A stretch of 64,000 nucleotides of DNA from contig OZ024741.1 in assembly GCA_964016885.1 (NCBI GenBank), forward strand, positions 379,192,001 through 379,256,000, given 5' to 3'. The notes beneath the pieces are model-generated. The model did no database searches and was not told where the DNA came from. It saw only the letters and a list, made by a program, of their open reading frames with translations. Made by a program: the position numbers and the translations under genes. Position 1 is the first letter of the stretch; every line of letters starts with the position of its first letter. Of this stretch, positions 42,180 to 55,665 are shown piece after piece. Source of the DNA: Eledone cirrhosa (taxonomy: Eukaryota).

Positions 42180-43033
42180 AGAGTTGTATATATATATACA
42201 TATATATTTGGGTATTAATTGTTAGATTTTCGTTGAATATTATCATGCTGTGTATATAATGACATTTTTGAACGAAGCAGTATATAATTATACAAACAAA
42301 CCCATTCACACACATAAAAATGAATCTTGTGTGTGTCTTTTTGTGAGTGGAATATTTTGTATGATTACACGATTTTTTATTTCTTGCATATCTATATTCA
42401 CAAGAAAAAAGTACAATATACCGTAAATCTAAGAACTTGTGTTTGACCTGATATTCACTATGTTATTTAATCCGTTCAGGAAATTCCTTTGAATATATAT
42501 ATCTATTATTTACTTTCGGCGTCTTTCAGTTTGTTACTTTGACTCTCCACAATTCCGGATTCATTTGTTGTAATTTATCTTCAAGTTTTCAACCATATTA
42601 AATAATGTAGCTATACGTCACTGATGATTTCAGCTGATTGCTTGTAAATCATAGTTAATATATTGAAGCCACCTGTACTGCGATATTTTTTTTATAAACC
42701 AGAACACAAATTCGTGACATAGTCATTCAATCTATTTGTTTCAATTTACATAGACTTAAATCCCATATTGAATATTATTTGTTGAATCTAAAGCACCCAG
42801 TCATTGTCAAGTTTTCATAAGGTCAGCATCAGTTTAAAATATATATTGTATTTCTTTATTTCCCCTCCAATTCTTACACGTCTGTTTACATACAATGGTT
42901 AAATAAGAGACCATATGAACAAGAGTTGAGGGGAGGAGTTTATGTGCATCCCGGTGACAGGGCCAAAGGATTGGTAAACCGCGTACACTTGTTCGAATGG
43001 TAGCGAAGATAGACTTATCAGTATATCGTTATA

Positions 43034-43086
<53 letters not shown>

Positions 43087-43132
43087 ACGAAACATAAGTC
43101 AGTTGCATGGTCTCATAATCCTTTATTTACAG

Positions 43133-43204
<72 letters not shown>

Positions 43205-43218
43205 CTTTATGTATATGA

Positions 43219-44405
43219 ACATCTTTATATTTAATAATCTCCTGTTGGGTTGAAATGCAATTTCGGCGATATTGGGCTGCACTTTCTAGCAACCAGCCTA
43301 CTCGCCGTAAGCAACTAATCACATTCTTTCTAACTTAACCATTTTAAACATCTATTTCTGGCGGGATCGCTTTGAAAAATTAACTGTCCTATTGAGTTTG
43401 TCTCCTGATGAGTTCGATACTCGAGATTTATCATTAATAGTATATCTCAAAATACGAACGAAACCATGGTAGGGATATTATTACGGTATGTACCCATTTC
43501 TTCTAACTTTAAATGTATACCTAATTGTGTATGGTTGACGATATATTTGGTCAGTTTCTACATGCTATTGAAATGTTGGGTAAATACTCTACTGTGGTCA
43601 ACCGTAAAGAGGTTGCATTCGGTTATTTATAAAATATTTCTTCATAGGAGTCTTTATTCTTAGAGCCTGGTCTAATTGATTTTTTTCTGGTTAATTATGC
43701 TAATTGGGAGAGGAAGTTGTATATATTGTATCTAATAATGCTAAGGACATGATTTATCATATATTGCTCTGATTTTTTAATTTATTAATTCTTCATTGAG
43801 CCACATCGTGAACGGTTGTCACATGTATATCTGTTACTTCATGTATATGTACATCTTTATATTTAATAATCTCCCGTTGGGTTGAGATGCAATTTGGGCG
43901 ATACGAGGCTGCACTTTCTAGCAACCAGCCTACTCGTCGTAAACAACTAATCATATTATTCCTAACTTGACCACTGCCACGGCAGGATGCTTAGCCATTT
44001 TTAAAATCTATTTCTGGCGGGATCGCTTTGGAAAATTAACAGTCCTATTGAGTTTGTATCCTGGTGAGTTCAATACTCAAGATTTATACTTAATAGGATA
44101 TTTCAAAATACGAATGGTAGGGATATAATTACGGTATGTACATATTTCTTCTAACTATAAATTTATACCTAATTGTGTATGGTTGACGATCTATTTGGAC
44201 AGTTTCTACATTCTGTTCAAATGTTGGGTAAATACTCTATTGTGGTCAACCGCGTAGAGGCAGCATTCGGTTATTTATCAAATATTTCTTCATAGGAGCC
44301 TTTATTCTTATAGCCTGGTCTAATTGATTTTTTATAAGGTTAATTATGCTAATTGGGAGAGAAAATTGTATATATTTTATCTAATAATTCTAAGGACACG
44401 ATTTA

Positions 44406-44410
<5 letters not shown>
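43219..44410 (+). mobile_element. Tandem dimer (period about 632 bp) of a non-coding pLTR-like unit with an HHR
   Basis: 43219-43765 is similar to 43851-44410. The HHR is intact in unit 1 and broken in unit 2 (ctggtga, GAAA deleted). Flanked by (TA)n. Confidence 0.8.
43400..43476 (+). ncRNA. Type I hammerhead ribozyme
   Basis: gtctc CTGATGA gttcg...cgaac GAAA ccatgg TA gggat. Confidence 0.8.
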
Positions 44411-44439
<29 letters not shown>

Positions 44440-44441
<2 letters not shown>

Positions 44442-46640
44442 GGAAAGAATGAAACGAAATTTAATTTCCCACTCTTAGTATGGCTGTTACTTAAATATAA
44501 GTATGTACACGTACATACATATATGTATACAGACGTTTGTTCAACACTGACAAAGGAACACTGACAAAGGAACGCTGTACTAGTTTCTGGCTAGTTAGCT
44601 ATCGTCAGCAACGTATACCTTCCTGCCAGATTGTTGAACGTATATACTTACCTTATGCATATTAACGGCTGAGTAGCCCAATTTGCATATCGAGTGGGTT
44701 AATTGGCCGGGTGCACCGAAAAAATGAAACGAAATTACATTTCCCACTCTTAGTACGGCTGTTACTTAAATATAAGTATGTACACATACATACATATATG
44801 TATACAGACGTACAGTAGTATGTATATATATATATACATACATGCACGCATATATATGTATGTACGTATGGATTCACCGAACATTTATTATAATGCTCGG
44901 TGTGTTTGTAAACAAACATCCCTTATTAAGCCGTTGTGTCTAGCAACCATCGTTGCTTTTTGTTCAACACTGACAAAGGAACGCTGTACTAGTTTGAAGC
45001 TTGTTAGCTATCGTCAGCAACGTATACCTTCCTGCCAGATTGTTGAACGTATATACTACCTTATGCATATTAACGGCTGAGTAACCATATTTGCATATCG
45101 AGTGGGTTAATAGGCCGGGTGCACCGAAAACGATAAACGCAAAAAAGGAAACGAAATTTCATTTCCCACACTTAGTCAGTGTTGAACAAACGAGCAACGA
45201 CTGTTGCTAGAAACTACGGCTTAATACGGGATGTTTGTTTACAAACACACCGAGCATTATAATAAATGTTAGGTGAATCCATACGTACATATATATATGT
45301 GTGTATGTATGTATATATATATATATACATACTACTGTACGTCTGTATACATATATGTATGTACGTGTACATACTTATATTTAAGTAACAGCCGTACTAA
45401 GAGTGGGAAATGAAATTTCGTTTCATTTTTTCCGTTTAACGTTCTCGGTGCACCCGGCCGATTAACCCACTCGATATGCAATTTGGGCTACTCAGCCGTT
45501 AATATGCATAAGGTAAGTATATACGTTCAACAATCTGGCAGGAAGGTATACGTTGCTGACGATAAATAACACGCTTGAAACTAGTACAGCGTTCCTTTGT
45601 CAGTGTTGAACAAACGAGCAACGATAGTTGCTAGACACTACGGCTTAATACGGGATGTTTGTTTACAAACACAGCGAGCATTATAATAAATGTTCGGTGA
45701 ATCCATACGTACATATATATATGTGTGCATGTATGTATACATGTATACATACTAGTGTATGTCCGTATACATATATGTATATACGTGTACATACTTATAT
45801 TTAAGTAACAGCCGTACTAAGAGTGGGAAATGAAATTTCGTTTCATTTTGTCCGTTTAACGTTCTCGGTGCACTCGGCCGATTAACCTACTCGATATGCA
45901 ATCTGGGCTACTCAGCCGTTAATATGCATAAGGTAAGTATATACGTTCAACAATCTGGCAGGATGGTATACGTTGCTGACGATAGCTAACACGCTTGCAA
46001 CTAGTACAGCGTTCCTTTGTCAGTGTTGAACAAACGAGCAACGATGGTTGCTAGACACTACGGCTTAATACGGGATGTTTGTTTACAAACACAGCGAGCA
46101 TTATAATAAATGTTCGGTGAATCCATACGTACATATATATATGTGTGCATGTATGTATACATGTATACATACTAGTGTATGTCTGTATACATATATGTAT
46201 GTACGTGTACATACTTATATTTAAGTAACAGCCGTACTAAGAGTGGGAAATGAAATTTCGTTTCATTTTGTCCGTTTAACGTTATCGGTGCACCCGGCCG
46301 ATTAACCTACTTGATATGCAATTTGGGCTACTCAGCCGTTAATATGCATAAGGTAAGTATATACGTTCAACAATCTGGCAGGAAGGTATACGTTGCTGAC
46401 GATAGCTAACACGCTTGAAATTAGTACAGCGTTCCTTTGTCAGTGTTGAACAAACGAGCAACGATGGTTGCTAGACACTACGGCTTAATACGGGATGTTT
46501 GTTTACAAACACACCGAGGATTATAATAAATGTTCGGTGAATCCATACGTACAAATATATATGTGTGCATGTATGTATATACATATACATACTACTGTAC
46601 GTCTGTATACATATATGTATGTACGTGTACATACTTATAT
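44440..46640. repeat. Array of about 420-bp HHR-containing units: minus-oriented block 44440-45172 and plus-oriented block 45175-46640 (about 3.4 units)
   Basis: Lines starting at 45541, 45961 and 46381 align with exact period 420. HHR motifs at 44573-44613(-), 44982-45022(-), 45551-45591(+), 45971-46011(+) and 46391-46431(+). Confidence 0.92.
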
Positions 46641-46684
46641 ATATACATATATATGTGTATATATATATATACAGTATATATATC

Positions 46685-46955
46685 AATAAAAGAGAAAACA
46701 CAGGTAAGCATTAAAGAAATAATTTTATCCAGTATTTACGACCGTTTCATTGGTAAGCGCAACCTTATATTGCTAGACAACACATACCGCCAATCGATAA
46801 TAACTGTTATGCACCTTCATATTTTCAAAATAATATTATCGATTGGCTGCTATTTGCAGTAAAGCGATATAAGGCTGCGCTTACCAATGAAACGGTCGTA
46901 AATAACTGGATAAAATCCTTCTGTTAATGCTTATCTGTGTTTGTTCTTTTATTGT
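46685..46955. repeat. Inverted repeat with arms of about 90 bp (PLE pLTR inversion containing the 3' half of an HHR)
   Basis: ttttatccagtatttacgaccgtttcattggtaagcgca / tgcgcttaccaatgaaacggtcgtaaataactggataaaa; GAAA cggtcg TA. Confidence 0.8.
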
Positions 46956-47077
46956 TTATACTCCAATATTGAACGGGATTTACTAACCAGATTCTTGCAA
47001 ACTTGTGGTGTTACCCCTAACCGTACATTGGAAACTTAACCACGAACTGGATTACGATAAGCAATTTTCTGCTTTCC

Positions 47078-47115
<38 letters not shown>

Positions 47116-47302
47116 GATAAATCTACCAAAAGTTTACGGTAGTGTCCAATCCGTATGAAGAACTCAATGTAATCCGGATGTCATGAAAAGAGAAGATTTA
47201 TTCAAAAACTACTTTCGGTGAAAAATAAACAGAAAACAGAGTGAAGATAAATTTTTTAAATAATGAATAAACAAAGAAATAGTTCCTTATATTAAAAAAA
47301 TT

Positions 47303-47442
47303 CATAATTTTACGATCGTTTCTAGGATATATATGTGTTAGAGTTGGTATGCATATTCTATAGATCTATGTACAATATTTATACAAACTATCAGAGGGAA
47401 TATACATACCTACACATATATATGCTGTCTTCAGAAATAATG
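47303..47442 (-). ncRNA. Type I hammerhead ribozyme (left arm)
   Basis: Reverse complement of the 49840-49979 motif. Confidence 0.7.
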
Positions 47443-48072
47443 ATATTTGTTTATTGAAAAAAAACAAAGATACAAAAGGCCTATTTGGGAACAGGTTTTG
47501 AATTGAACAATAGAGAGATAGTGAGGGTCAAGATAGTAATATAGTAGTAGAAGAACCTTAAATTATGGGTAGAGGAAGGTAGATTTCAGTTTTGGATGGA
47601 AAAGAGTATTATGAATGAAGGATTATTTTAGGGAAGAAAATAGGTCGTATGCTGACCTCAGAAATAATTTTATTTGTTCATTGAATAAAACCAACCAAGA
47701 TCTAATATATTCTGTCTGTTTGGTAAGAGGTTTAGAATTAACCAATAGAAAGTTAATAATTGGCCAAATGGTAAAATAGTAGTAACTGAAGCTTATTTTA
47801 GGGGTGAAAATAGGTCAGGTCAGTAAAAGGTATACAAGCAGTTGCTGTTATAAAATAGTAATGCCAATGCAAATATCTAAGGAGACTAAAGTTTTACGAT
47901 AAGAGTGTTAGTGAAAAAAATACATCTATGAAAAGAATATAAATTAATTTAATTGAAGGGTATATTTATATTGATAAAATTATACTAATACATATAGATA
48001 TGATAAATAAGAGTTAGATGCAGTTGAAAAGTGCTGTTAAAGATGACGGGAAATTAAAAGAATATAAAAATA

Positions 48073-48123
<51 letters not shown>

Positions 48124-48278
48124 CACACACACACATATACACACATATATATATATACACATACACACATATATATATATATATACACACGCATATATAC
48201 ATACATACATATATATATACACACACATAAACAAAACAAAATATAAGTGCCTATAATGCATATAAATGTAAAAAAACC

Positions 48279-48770
48279 ATGAGTATACCACCAGTACATC
48301 AAACTAACCATAATATCTCCTCAGATACAGGTTTCACGAAAAGTTGTAACTGTAGAAACAAGGCAAACTGTCCATTAAAAGGAAATTGCCTTGTTAATAA
48401 CATAGTATATAAATGTAAAGTTAACACTAAGGACTCAATTTATTCATATATAGGAGCTACTTCTAACAAATGTAAGGTAAGATTTAATACCCACAAACAT
48501 AGTTTTAAAAATGGCGCACTAGCTAATACAACATCTCTAGCTGAAATAATTAATAGTTATAGAAAGAGGAATATAGATTATGACCTGCCCTGGAATGTGC
48601 TCAAAAGGGCCACCCCTTATCAAAATAGTAGATATGAATGTAGATTATGTTCCCAAGAACTTTTTGAAATAATGAAATCTAAGGATATCCTATTAAATAA
48701 GCGACAGGAATTAATAATATCGTGTAATCATAAACTGAGAAAAATCTTTAAATATTATAAACCTAATTAA
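48279..48770 (+). CDS. Naiad-type PLE GIY-YIG endonuclease domain (5'-truncated element; frame uninterrupted)
   Basis: CNCRNKANCPLKGNCLVNNIVYKCKV..YIGATSNKCKVRFNTHKHSF..TSLA..W.VLKRATPY..CRLC..E..LLNKRQELIISCNH. Confidence 0.88.
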   Translation: MSIPPVHQTNHNISSDTGFTKSCNCRNKANCPLKGNCLVNNIVYKCKVNTKDSIYSYIGATSNKCKVRFNTHKHSFKNGALANTTSLAEIINSYRKRNIDYDLPWNVLKRATPYQNSRYECRLCSQELFEIMKSKDILLNKRQELIISCNHKLRKIFKYYKPN

Positions 48771-49129
48771 TATACACTTTAGAAATTAATATATAAACTG
48801 TTTTTAATTCAGTTAACCTATAATTAATATTCTACTACTGATGAAGTACATAATTTTACTTTCCTTCTTACAACTATCATTTCCTAAAACTGATACCATT
48901 AAGTAAACATATATAATGCTTTAACTTCAGGTTATGAATCTATGTTCCTATATATATTTATTATTTCTCACTAATAAATTTAACTCCCCCCCCCAATAAT
49001 TATATGTATATGTAAGTGTGTATGTGTGTGTATATATATACGTATGTATGTATATATGCGTGTATATATATATATACATATATATGTGTATGTGTATATA
49101 TATATATATGTGTGTATATGTGTGTGTGC

Positions 49130-49206
<77 letters not shown>

Positions 49207-49839
49207 ATTTTTATATTCTTTTAATTTCCTCTCATCTTTAACAGCACTTTTCAACTGCATCTAACTCTTATTTATCATATCTATATGTATTAGTATCATT
49301 TTATCAATATAAATAAACCCTTCAATTAAATTAATTTATAATCTTTTCATAGATGTATTTTTTTCACTAACACTCTTATCGTAAAACTTTAGTCTCCTTA
49401 GATATTTGCATTGGCATTACTATTTTATAACAGCAACTGCTTGTATAGATTTTACTGACCTGACCTATTTTCACGCCTAAAATAAGCTTCAATTACTACT
49501 ATTTTACCATTTGGCCAATTATTGACTTTCTATTGGTTAATTCTAAACCTCTTACCAAACAGACAGAATATATTAGATCGTGGTTGGTTTTATTCAATGA
49601 ACAAATAAAATTATTTCTGAGGTCAGCATACGACCTATTTTCTTCCCTAAAATAATCCTTCATTCATAATACTCTTTTCCATCCAAAACTGAAATCTACC
49701 TTCCTCTACCCATAATTTAAGGTTCTTCTACTACTATATTACTATCTTGACCCTCACTATCTCTCTATTAGTCAATTCAAAATCTGTTCCCAAACAGACT
49801 TATTGTATTGAATCTTTGTTTTTTTCAATAAACAAATAT

Positions 49840-49979
49840 CATTATTTCTGAAGACAGCATATATATGTGTAGGTATGTATATTCCCTCTGATAGTTTGTA
49901 TAAATATTGTACATAGATCTATAGAATATGCATACCAACTCTAACACATATATATCCTAGAAACGATCGTAAAATGATG
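49840..49979 (+). ncRNA. Type I hammerhead ribozyme with long rod-like stem II (right arm)
   Basis: cattattt CTGAAGA cag catatatatgtgt.ggtatgtatattc...gaatatgcatacc..acacatatatat ccta GAAA cgatcg TA aaatgatg. Confidence 0.75.
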
Positions 49980-50028
49980 AATTTTTTTAATATAAGAACT
50001 GTTTCTTTGTTTATCCATTATTTTATTA

Positions 50029-50100
<72 letters not shown>

Positions 50101-51459
50101 CTGTATACATATTCATGGAAGTATCTTTGTACGTATGTACGACCATTTGCATTTATATGTAAACAATATAATAATGTACCGATTTCTACACAGAAGTGGT
50201 TTTAACTGGAACGCAATTCCATCTAAAATGTGTATACAACGAAAAGTACAAGGTTGAATGCCAAATAACTCCAGGCATGCAATTGTACGGTAATCGCAGT
50301 GCAGTTAATATTGTCAAATGTATATGAATTTTCAGTGACATGCACATTTCATTCGCAGCTATCACTGACATCACAGAAATATAATATGTTCAAATCAATA
50401 ACTGCACTCTTACATTTATATATTTTATTTTGAATAGGTATCTTTGCAATATTCTGTTCACTCAGATGTAGCTAAGGGTGAATGAATCAGAAAAAAAAAC
50501 GAGTAAGTATGAATATTTGGCTGTCCTTCGGTTACTGCAAGCTAAATTGTAGTTGCAGTTTGCTATATGATTATACGTAATATCTGTCAAATTGTTAATG
50601 ACAAGGATAAGATGAGACGACAATCTAAGATGAGAGGAAATATGCTTTGCAATATCCTTATTATATGCTATACGTATCAGTGTATCAGACAGATTTTAGC
50701 ACTGCGTCCTTTTCACTATTGTTGCCTGATATAGAGGGAGGCTTGTCTAGAAATGATTAACAATCCTATGTGATCAAACGACATGAGAATGAACATACGG
50801 ATATTGTCAATACACGAAAACTACAGAGATATTCAGTTTCCTCAGATATGGTAGTTCGCTGAAGAATGTACATTACTTTTGTGTTACATTTTGCAAAACT
50901 GTAACATGAAAGTAAATGTGAAACTGGGAAACTGTAAATGTTGGCGAGAATACACAGAGAAAGTTGTACATTGAATATGCACCTATGTTTCGAACAAAAT
51001 CTGCATATCACAAAGATACTTTTCATGAGTGTGAAATGAAATTGCTCTAAGAAATGTATGTAAGTATTTGTTACTTTGGTGAAATGAGTTTGGTTCTAGT
51101 AACAAAAGACAAATTGTGTATCATTTGAAAATGTCACTCTTTTCTTTATATGTAGAATATATAGATTAAAAACTCAACTCCTCTTAGGGTGAAACTAAAC
51201 AAACCAACAAAGGTAACTTATATATATAGTAGTCAGTGTATCTATGCATGGCATTTATGTACATAGAGTTCGCAGTCTTGCATAATTTATTATGTTGTAG
51301 GTAATGGTCCCGTTACACCTGATGGAGCCGTAGAGGCGCCGGAATGTTATACGACCTCTCTCACACATTAAGAGACCTAGCGGAGCTCCCAGCCTCTCTC
51401 GGGTTTGAACATCGCAGACGTGTTCCAGAGAAGGATCGAAATAGAGAAAGATTACTAGA

Positions 51460-51596
51460 CGGGTTCTTCTTTTCATCAAACTCGATGGATGAAAGGCTAA
51501 GTTGACTTCCGTGGAATTTGACCTCCTAGACCAGAGAGCCGGAGCGAAGATCGCAAAGCATTCTATTGGATGTTCTAACGACTCTGCCAATACACC
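51460..51596 (-). mobile_element. Diverged SINE copy
   Basis: ggatgaaaggctaagttgacttccgtggaatttgacctc...ctctgccaatacacc matches the reverse-complement SINE consensus. Confidence 0.65.
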
Positions 51597-53392
51597 GATT
51601 TTGTGATGTATAATTTATGATGTATTACTGAACAAATGCGCAGCCTTTAGTCTCAAAGTGTATTGCTACTTTGTGTCTGCTATTCACATTTATCTTTGAT
51701 ATAACACTAGACCCGATCCTAAAATATATTTTTACAGAATAATTATCTGAATGATTTATGCACAGAAAATAACTCAACATCGAAACAGAGTTTGGAGTAA
51801 AGGTTTGTGCAAGATATATGATACAGGTTATCAAATCTCCCTATTTCCAACATTAATAAACTTTCATTCTATTGCGTGAATTAATTTCTTAATATTGTCA
51901 TGATTAGTTAAGTCTTGTTTATTAAAATTTAACTTCCTACAATGCAGAATTAGCCAGCATTGACCAAACGTCTAATGCGAGTCACATGCATTAAGTTAGA
52001 ATTCCATTATTCTTTTTTCACACTCACTCAATAAAATAATTTGACAATTTTTATTTATTTTAAAATATATATGGCGTTTAATTCATTCATACAACACGCA
52101 ACATTTTATTCACTCGGCAGTGTTTCGGTTGTTAACTCTCATATTACATACACAATAATAAAACAGCATATGTGGTAACTTGTGAAATGCTAATATGTGT
52201 TCAATCACGCAGTATAACTTCAAGACACCTAAAATTGTGTACGCCAGAATATTTCAAATAGGAAATGTCATATATATATATATATATATACATAATGTAT
52301 TACAGAGGGGAATATAGGCATACCATTTAACTAAAAAATAAATAGATACATACTATATGGACATGGCGGCCATTTGTATTGGTAAATAGATGAAAGATGT
52401 TTCCTATTTTGGGTTAAAATTTCAGAGAAAATTAACATATATATATAAACGTATCCCTTTTATGTACCTTCAGTCTTTCAATGCCGTATTTCACTTTATT
52501 GTATTCACGCGTTTCCTGGGGTATGATATGATATAAAAATTAATATTGTTAATACTAGCAGGGTTTAAAGTTTTGATCTACACACACTGCCCTTTCTGCA
52601 TCGGAGCATAATGTGATAAAATGATTAAAGGGATGTGTATATGTGTGTGTCTGCTTATATACAGACATACACTCAAACACACACACACACACACACACGC
52701 GCGCGCACACACACTCACACACACTCACATATATATATGCATTTATATGAATAAATTAAATATATATTTATATATAGAATAGAAAAAGAAAAATTAGTGA
52801 TGCGTCGGAAGTCAATCTATTGCGTGTTAGAATTGTTTCCCCGGCGAACAGCTCGAGTGCGATCAGTGTGTGGATCGACCTGACTCTGGATTCACAGGTT
52901 CCCCAGAAACGTCTATTGATTTCGGAGCAGATTATCTTTTATGGGCTTCTGACACCACGGGTCTACATCCTCCACCTTCATCCTCTTTGGGAGTCCTTCG
53001 ACTGGTCACTGGTTAGTTACGTCATCATAATTCTGACCACTGGTAGCAGCTCACTGACATCAGGGCGTGAGCTCTTACTCACCCACTGTCCCGTCGGCAA
53101 AATTACTTCTGTGTTTGTCTGCTCAAACTCCCACGCGCACACACACATGCACATAGACAAGGTAGCTTCCGTTCAGACAGGGTAGCTTCCGTTCACACAT
53201 TTACGCACAGAAGCATACACACATATCCATGTATACACACACACATAAACACTCACACAATTATACGCATACATGCACAGAGAGACACACCCACACGCGC
53301 GTGTATATACATGTATACACACACACACACACACATACAGGCACCTGTATATATACATACACACACACACGTACACATGCATGCATATACAT

Positions 53393-53423
<31 letters not shown>

Positions 53424-53504
53424 ATTTACATACATACACATACATACACACCTGCACACATATATGTATATATACACATATACGCATGTGTATATGTATG
53501 TGTA

Positions 53505-53742
53505 TAGAGGAGACTGTGGTTAGCTGCACATGCTCACCGACATCCAGATTTGACACTGCACACAGTGCTCATGTTGGAGCCACTGCATGGACACACTGGA
53601 AGAGGAAGACCAACGATAAAGTATGCTGATGCTCAAAGGACAGACACTAGTCTGTTGGAGACTCCGGACATGGCAGCGATAATGAGGTACCGAGACCGCT
53701 GGAGAGAACTCGTCCATGGATCTCGGGAATTTTACCCGCCCT

Positions 53743-53745
<3 letters not shown>
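53505..53745 (+). pseudogene. RTE-like LINE 3' terminal fragment
   Basis: RRL.LA.H..RH....LEPLHGHTGRGRP..Y.D..DT...M.YRDRWRELV* followed by (TA)n. Confidence 0.65.
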
Positions 53746-54287
<542 letters not shown>

Positions 54288-55164
54288 TGAGAGGAGACTG
54301 GACTTGTGTGAATCATTGAAAGGTTTATTATACTCTGAACATTTCAATGACTGTTTAATTTTCAATTTTCTAATTGTTCAATCCTCAATCTTCTTACTCT
54401 TTAATTTTATAATGTCATTCTGAATTCTTTCAACTTCATCCTATAAATCTAAACAATATTTTAACGTTCGGACTGTTGGGTTGGTTTTCTTGGTGGCAGG
54501 ACCGGCCCCCGGGCGCATAGGCCTACCGTAAGGGCTTGGAAAAATAAATTTCCGCTTCTTTCGATAAATGAAACTACTCGGAGTGGCTTGATTCGCCACA
54601 GGGGCCCGGCGGCGCGAATCCGGTTTTTTGACCGCCATATAGTACCTTTAAATTACAGATCTAATCATAACTATTAGATGTATCACGCCTCCCTCTACTT
54701 AAGCAAATCCCCCTCCTGGGTAAAGGAATAGTACTGGTTTGTACAAGGATGGCGTAACGATGCGGGCTGACTTCCTGCTGGCGCACCTGAAGCCTGTTAT
54801 ACATTCCTAGAGTGCTCGGAAAAATCGATTTCCATATCTTTAGCTACGCGATATTACTCGGAGTAGATGGGCTGCGCAAGCCTGTGGTCGCCGCATGCTC
54901 TTTGACGGCTAAACAAAGACATAATCTTTACTCTATAATAAAATTTGAGTTTCTTCATAAAAGACTCTTTCTTTGCTTAAACCTCGCAACCTTAAACATG
55001 TCAAACTGTTTAACTTTCAATTTTCTAATTTCTTTAATTTTATAATGTTAATATTAAATATTAAGTGTTTAACTTCATCCTATAAATCTAAACAAAAATG
55101 TAACGTTCCAATCTTCTGCTCACACATTATAACATACAGACCCCCACTATATTTACCTCTGCTA

Positions 55165-55665
55165 AGATACGGGTCCCTTTGAAAATATAATTTTCGCGCC
55201 ATTTACTGGCCTGACTAGTCTGACATTAATATCGACCTCTCTTCCTCTTTCTTTCTATCTTTCTTCTTGTAGCAATTAATCCTGACTTTTCCTATTCTTC
55301 CTTTTCTTCTTTCTCTTCTCCCTTCTTTCTGTCTGTCTCCTTGTGGCATGATATTAACGCTGACTTATCTTGCTCCCCCTTTTTGTTTGCCGATATTTGA
55401 CCGGTAGTAGTTGTTAAGATACGGGTCCCTTAGAATACATTTTTTTCGCGACATTCCTGGCCTGAGTGTAATACCGACCTTTCCTCCTCTTTCTTTCTGT
55501 CTTTCTTCTTATAGCTGACATTAACCCTGACTTCTCTTCTTCCTCATTTTCTTCCTTCCCCCTTCTTCTCTCTTCTTTCTTTCTTTCTTTTTTCTTGTGG
55601 CATGATATTAACCCTGAGTTATGTTCCTATCCCTTTCTGTTTTCCATTATTTGACCGGTAGTAGC
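55165..55665. repeat. Diverged tandem dimer (about 252 bp) with CT-rich cores
   Basis: aagatacgggtccctt, cttgtggcatgatattaac and tttgaccggtagtag each occur twice at about 252-bp spacing. Confidence 0.7.

Larger units (their letters stand above)
47247..50034. repeat. Long inverted repeat (arms about 47247-48228 and 49021-50034): inverted pLTRs around a PLE 3' end
   Basis: The arms are near-identical reverse complements over about 1 kb, including the internal microsatellite. Confidence 0.93.

Noticed and set aside
45175-46640. CRISPR-like array
   Set aside because: The units repeat in full with no unique spacers, and the context is eukaryotic.
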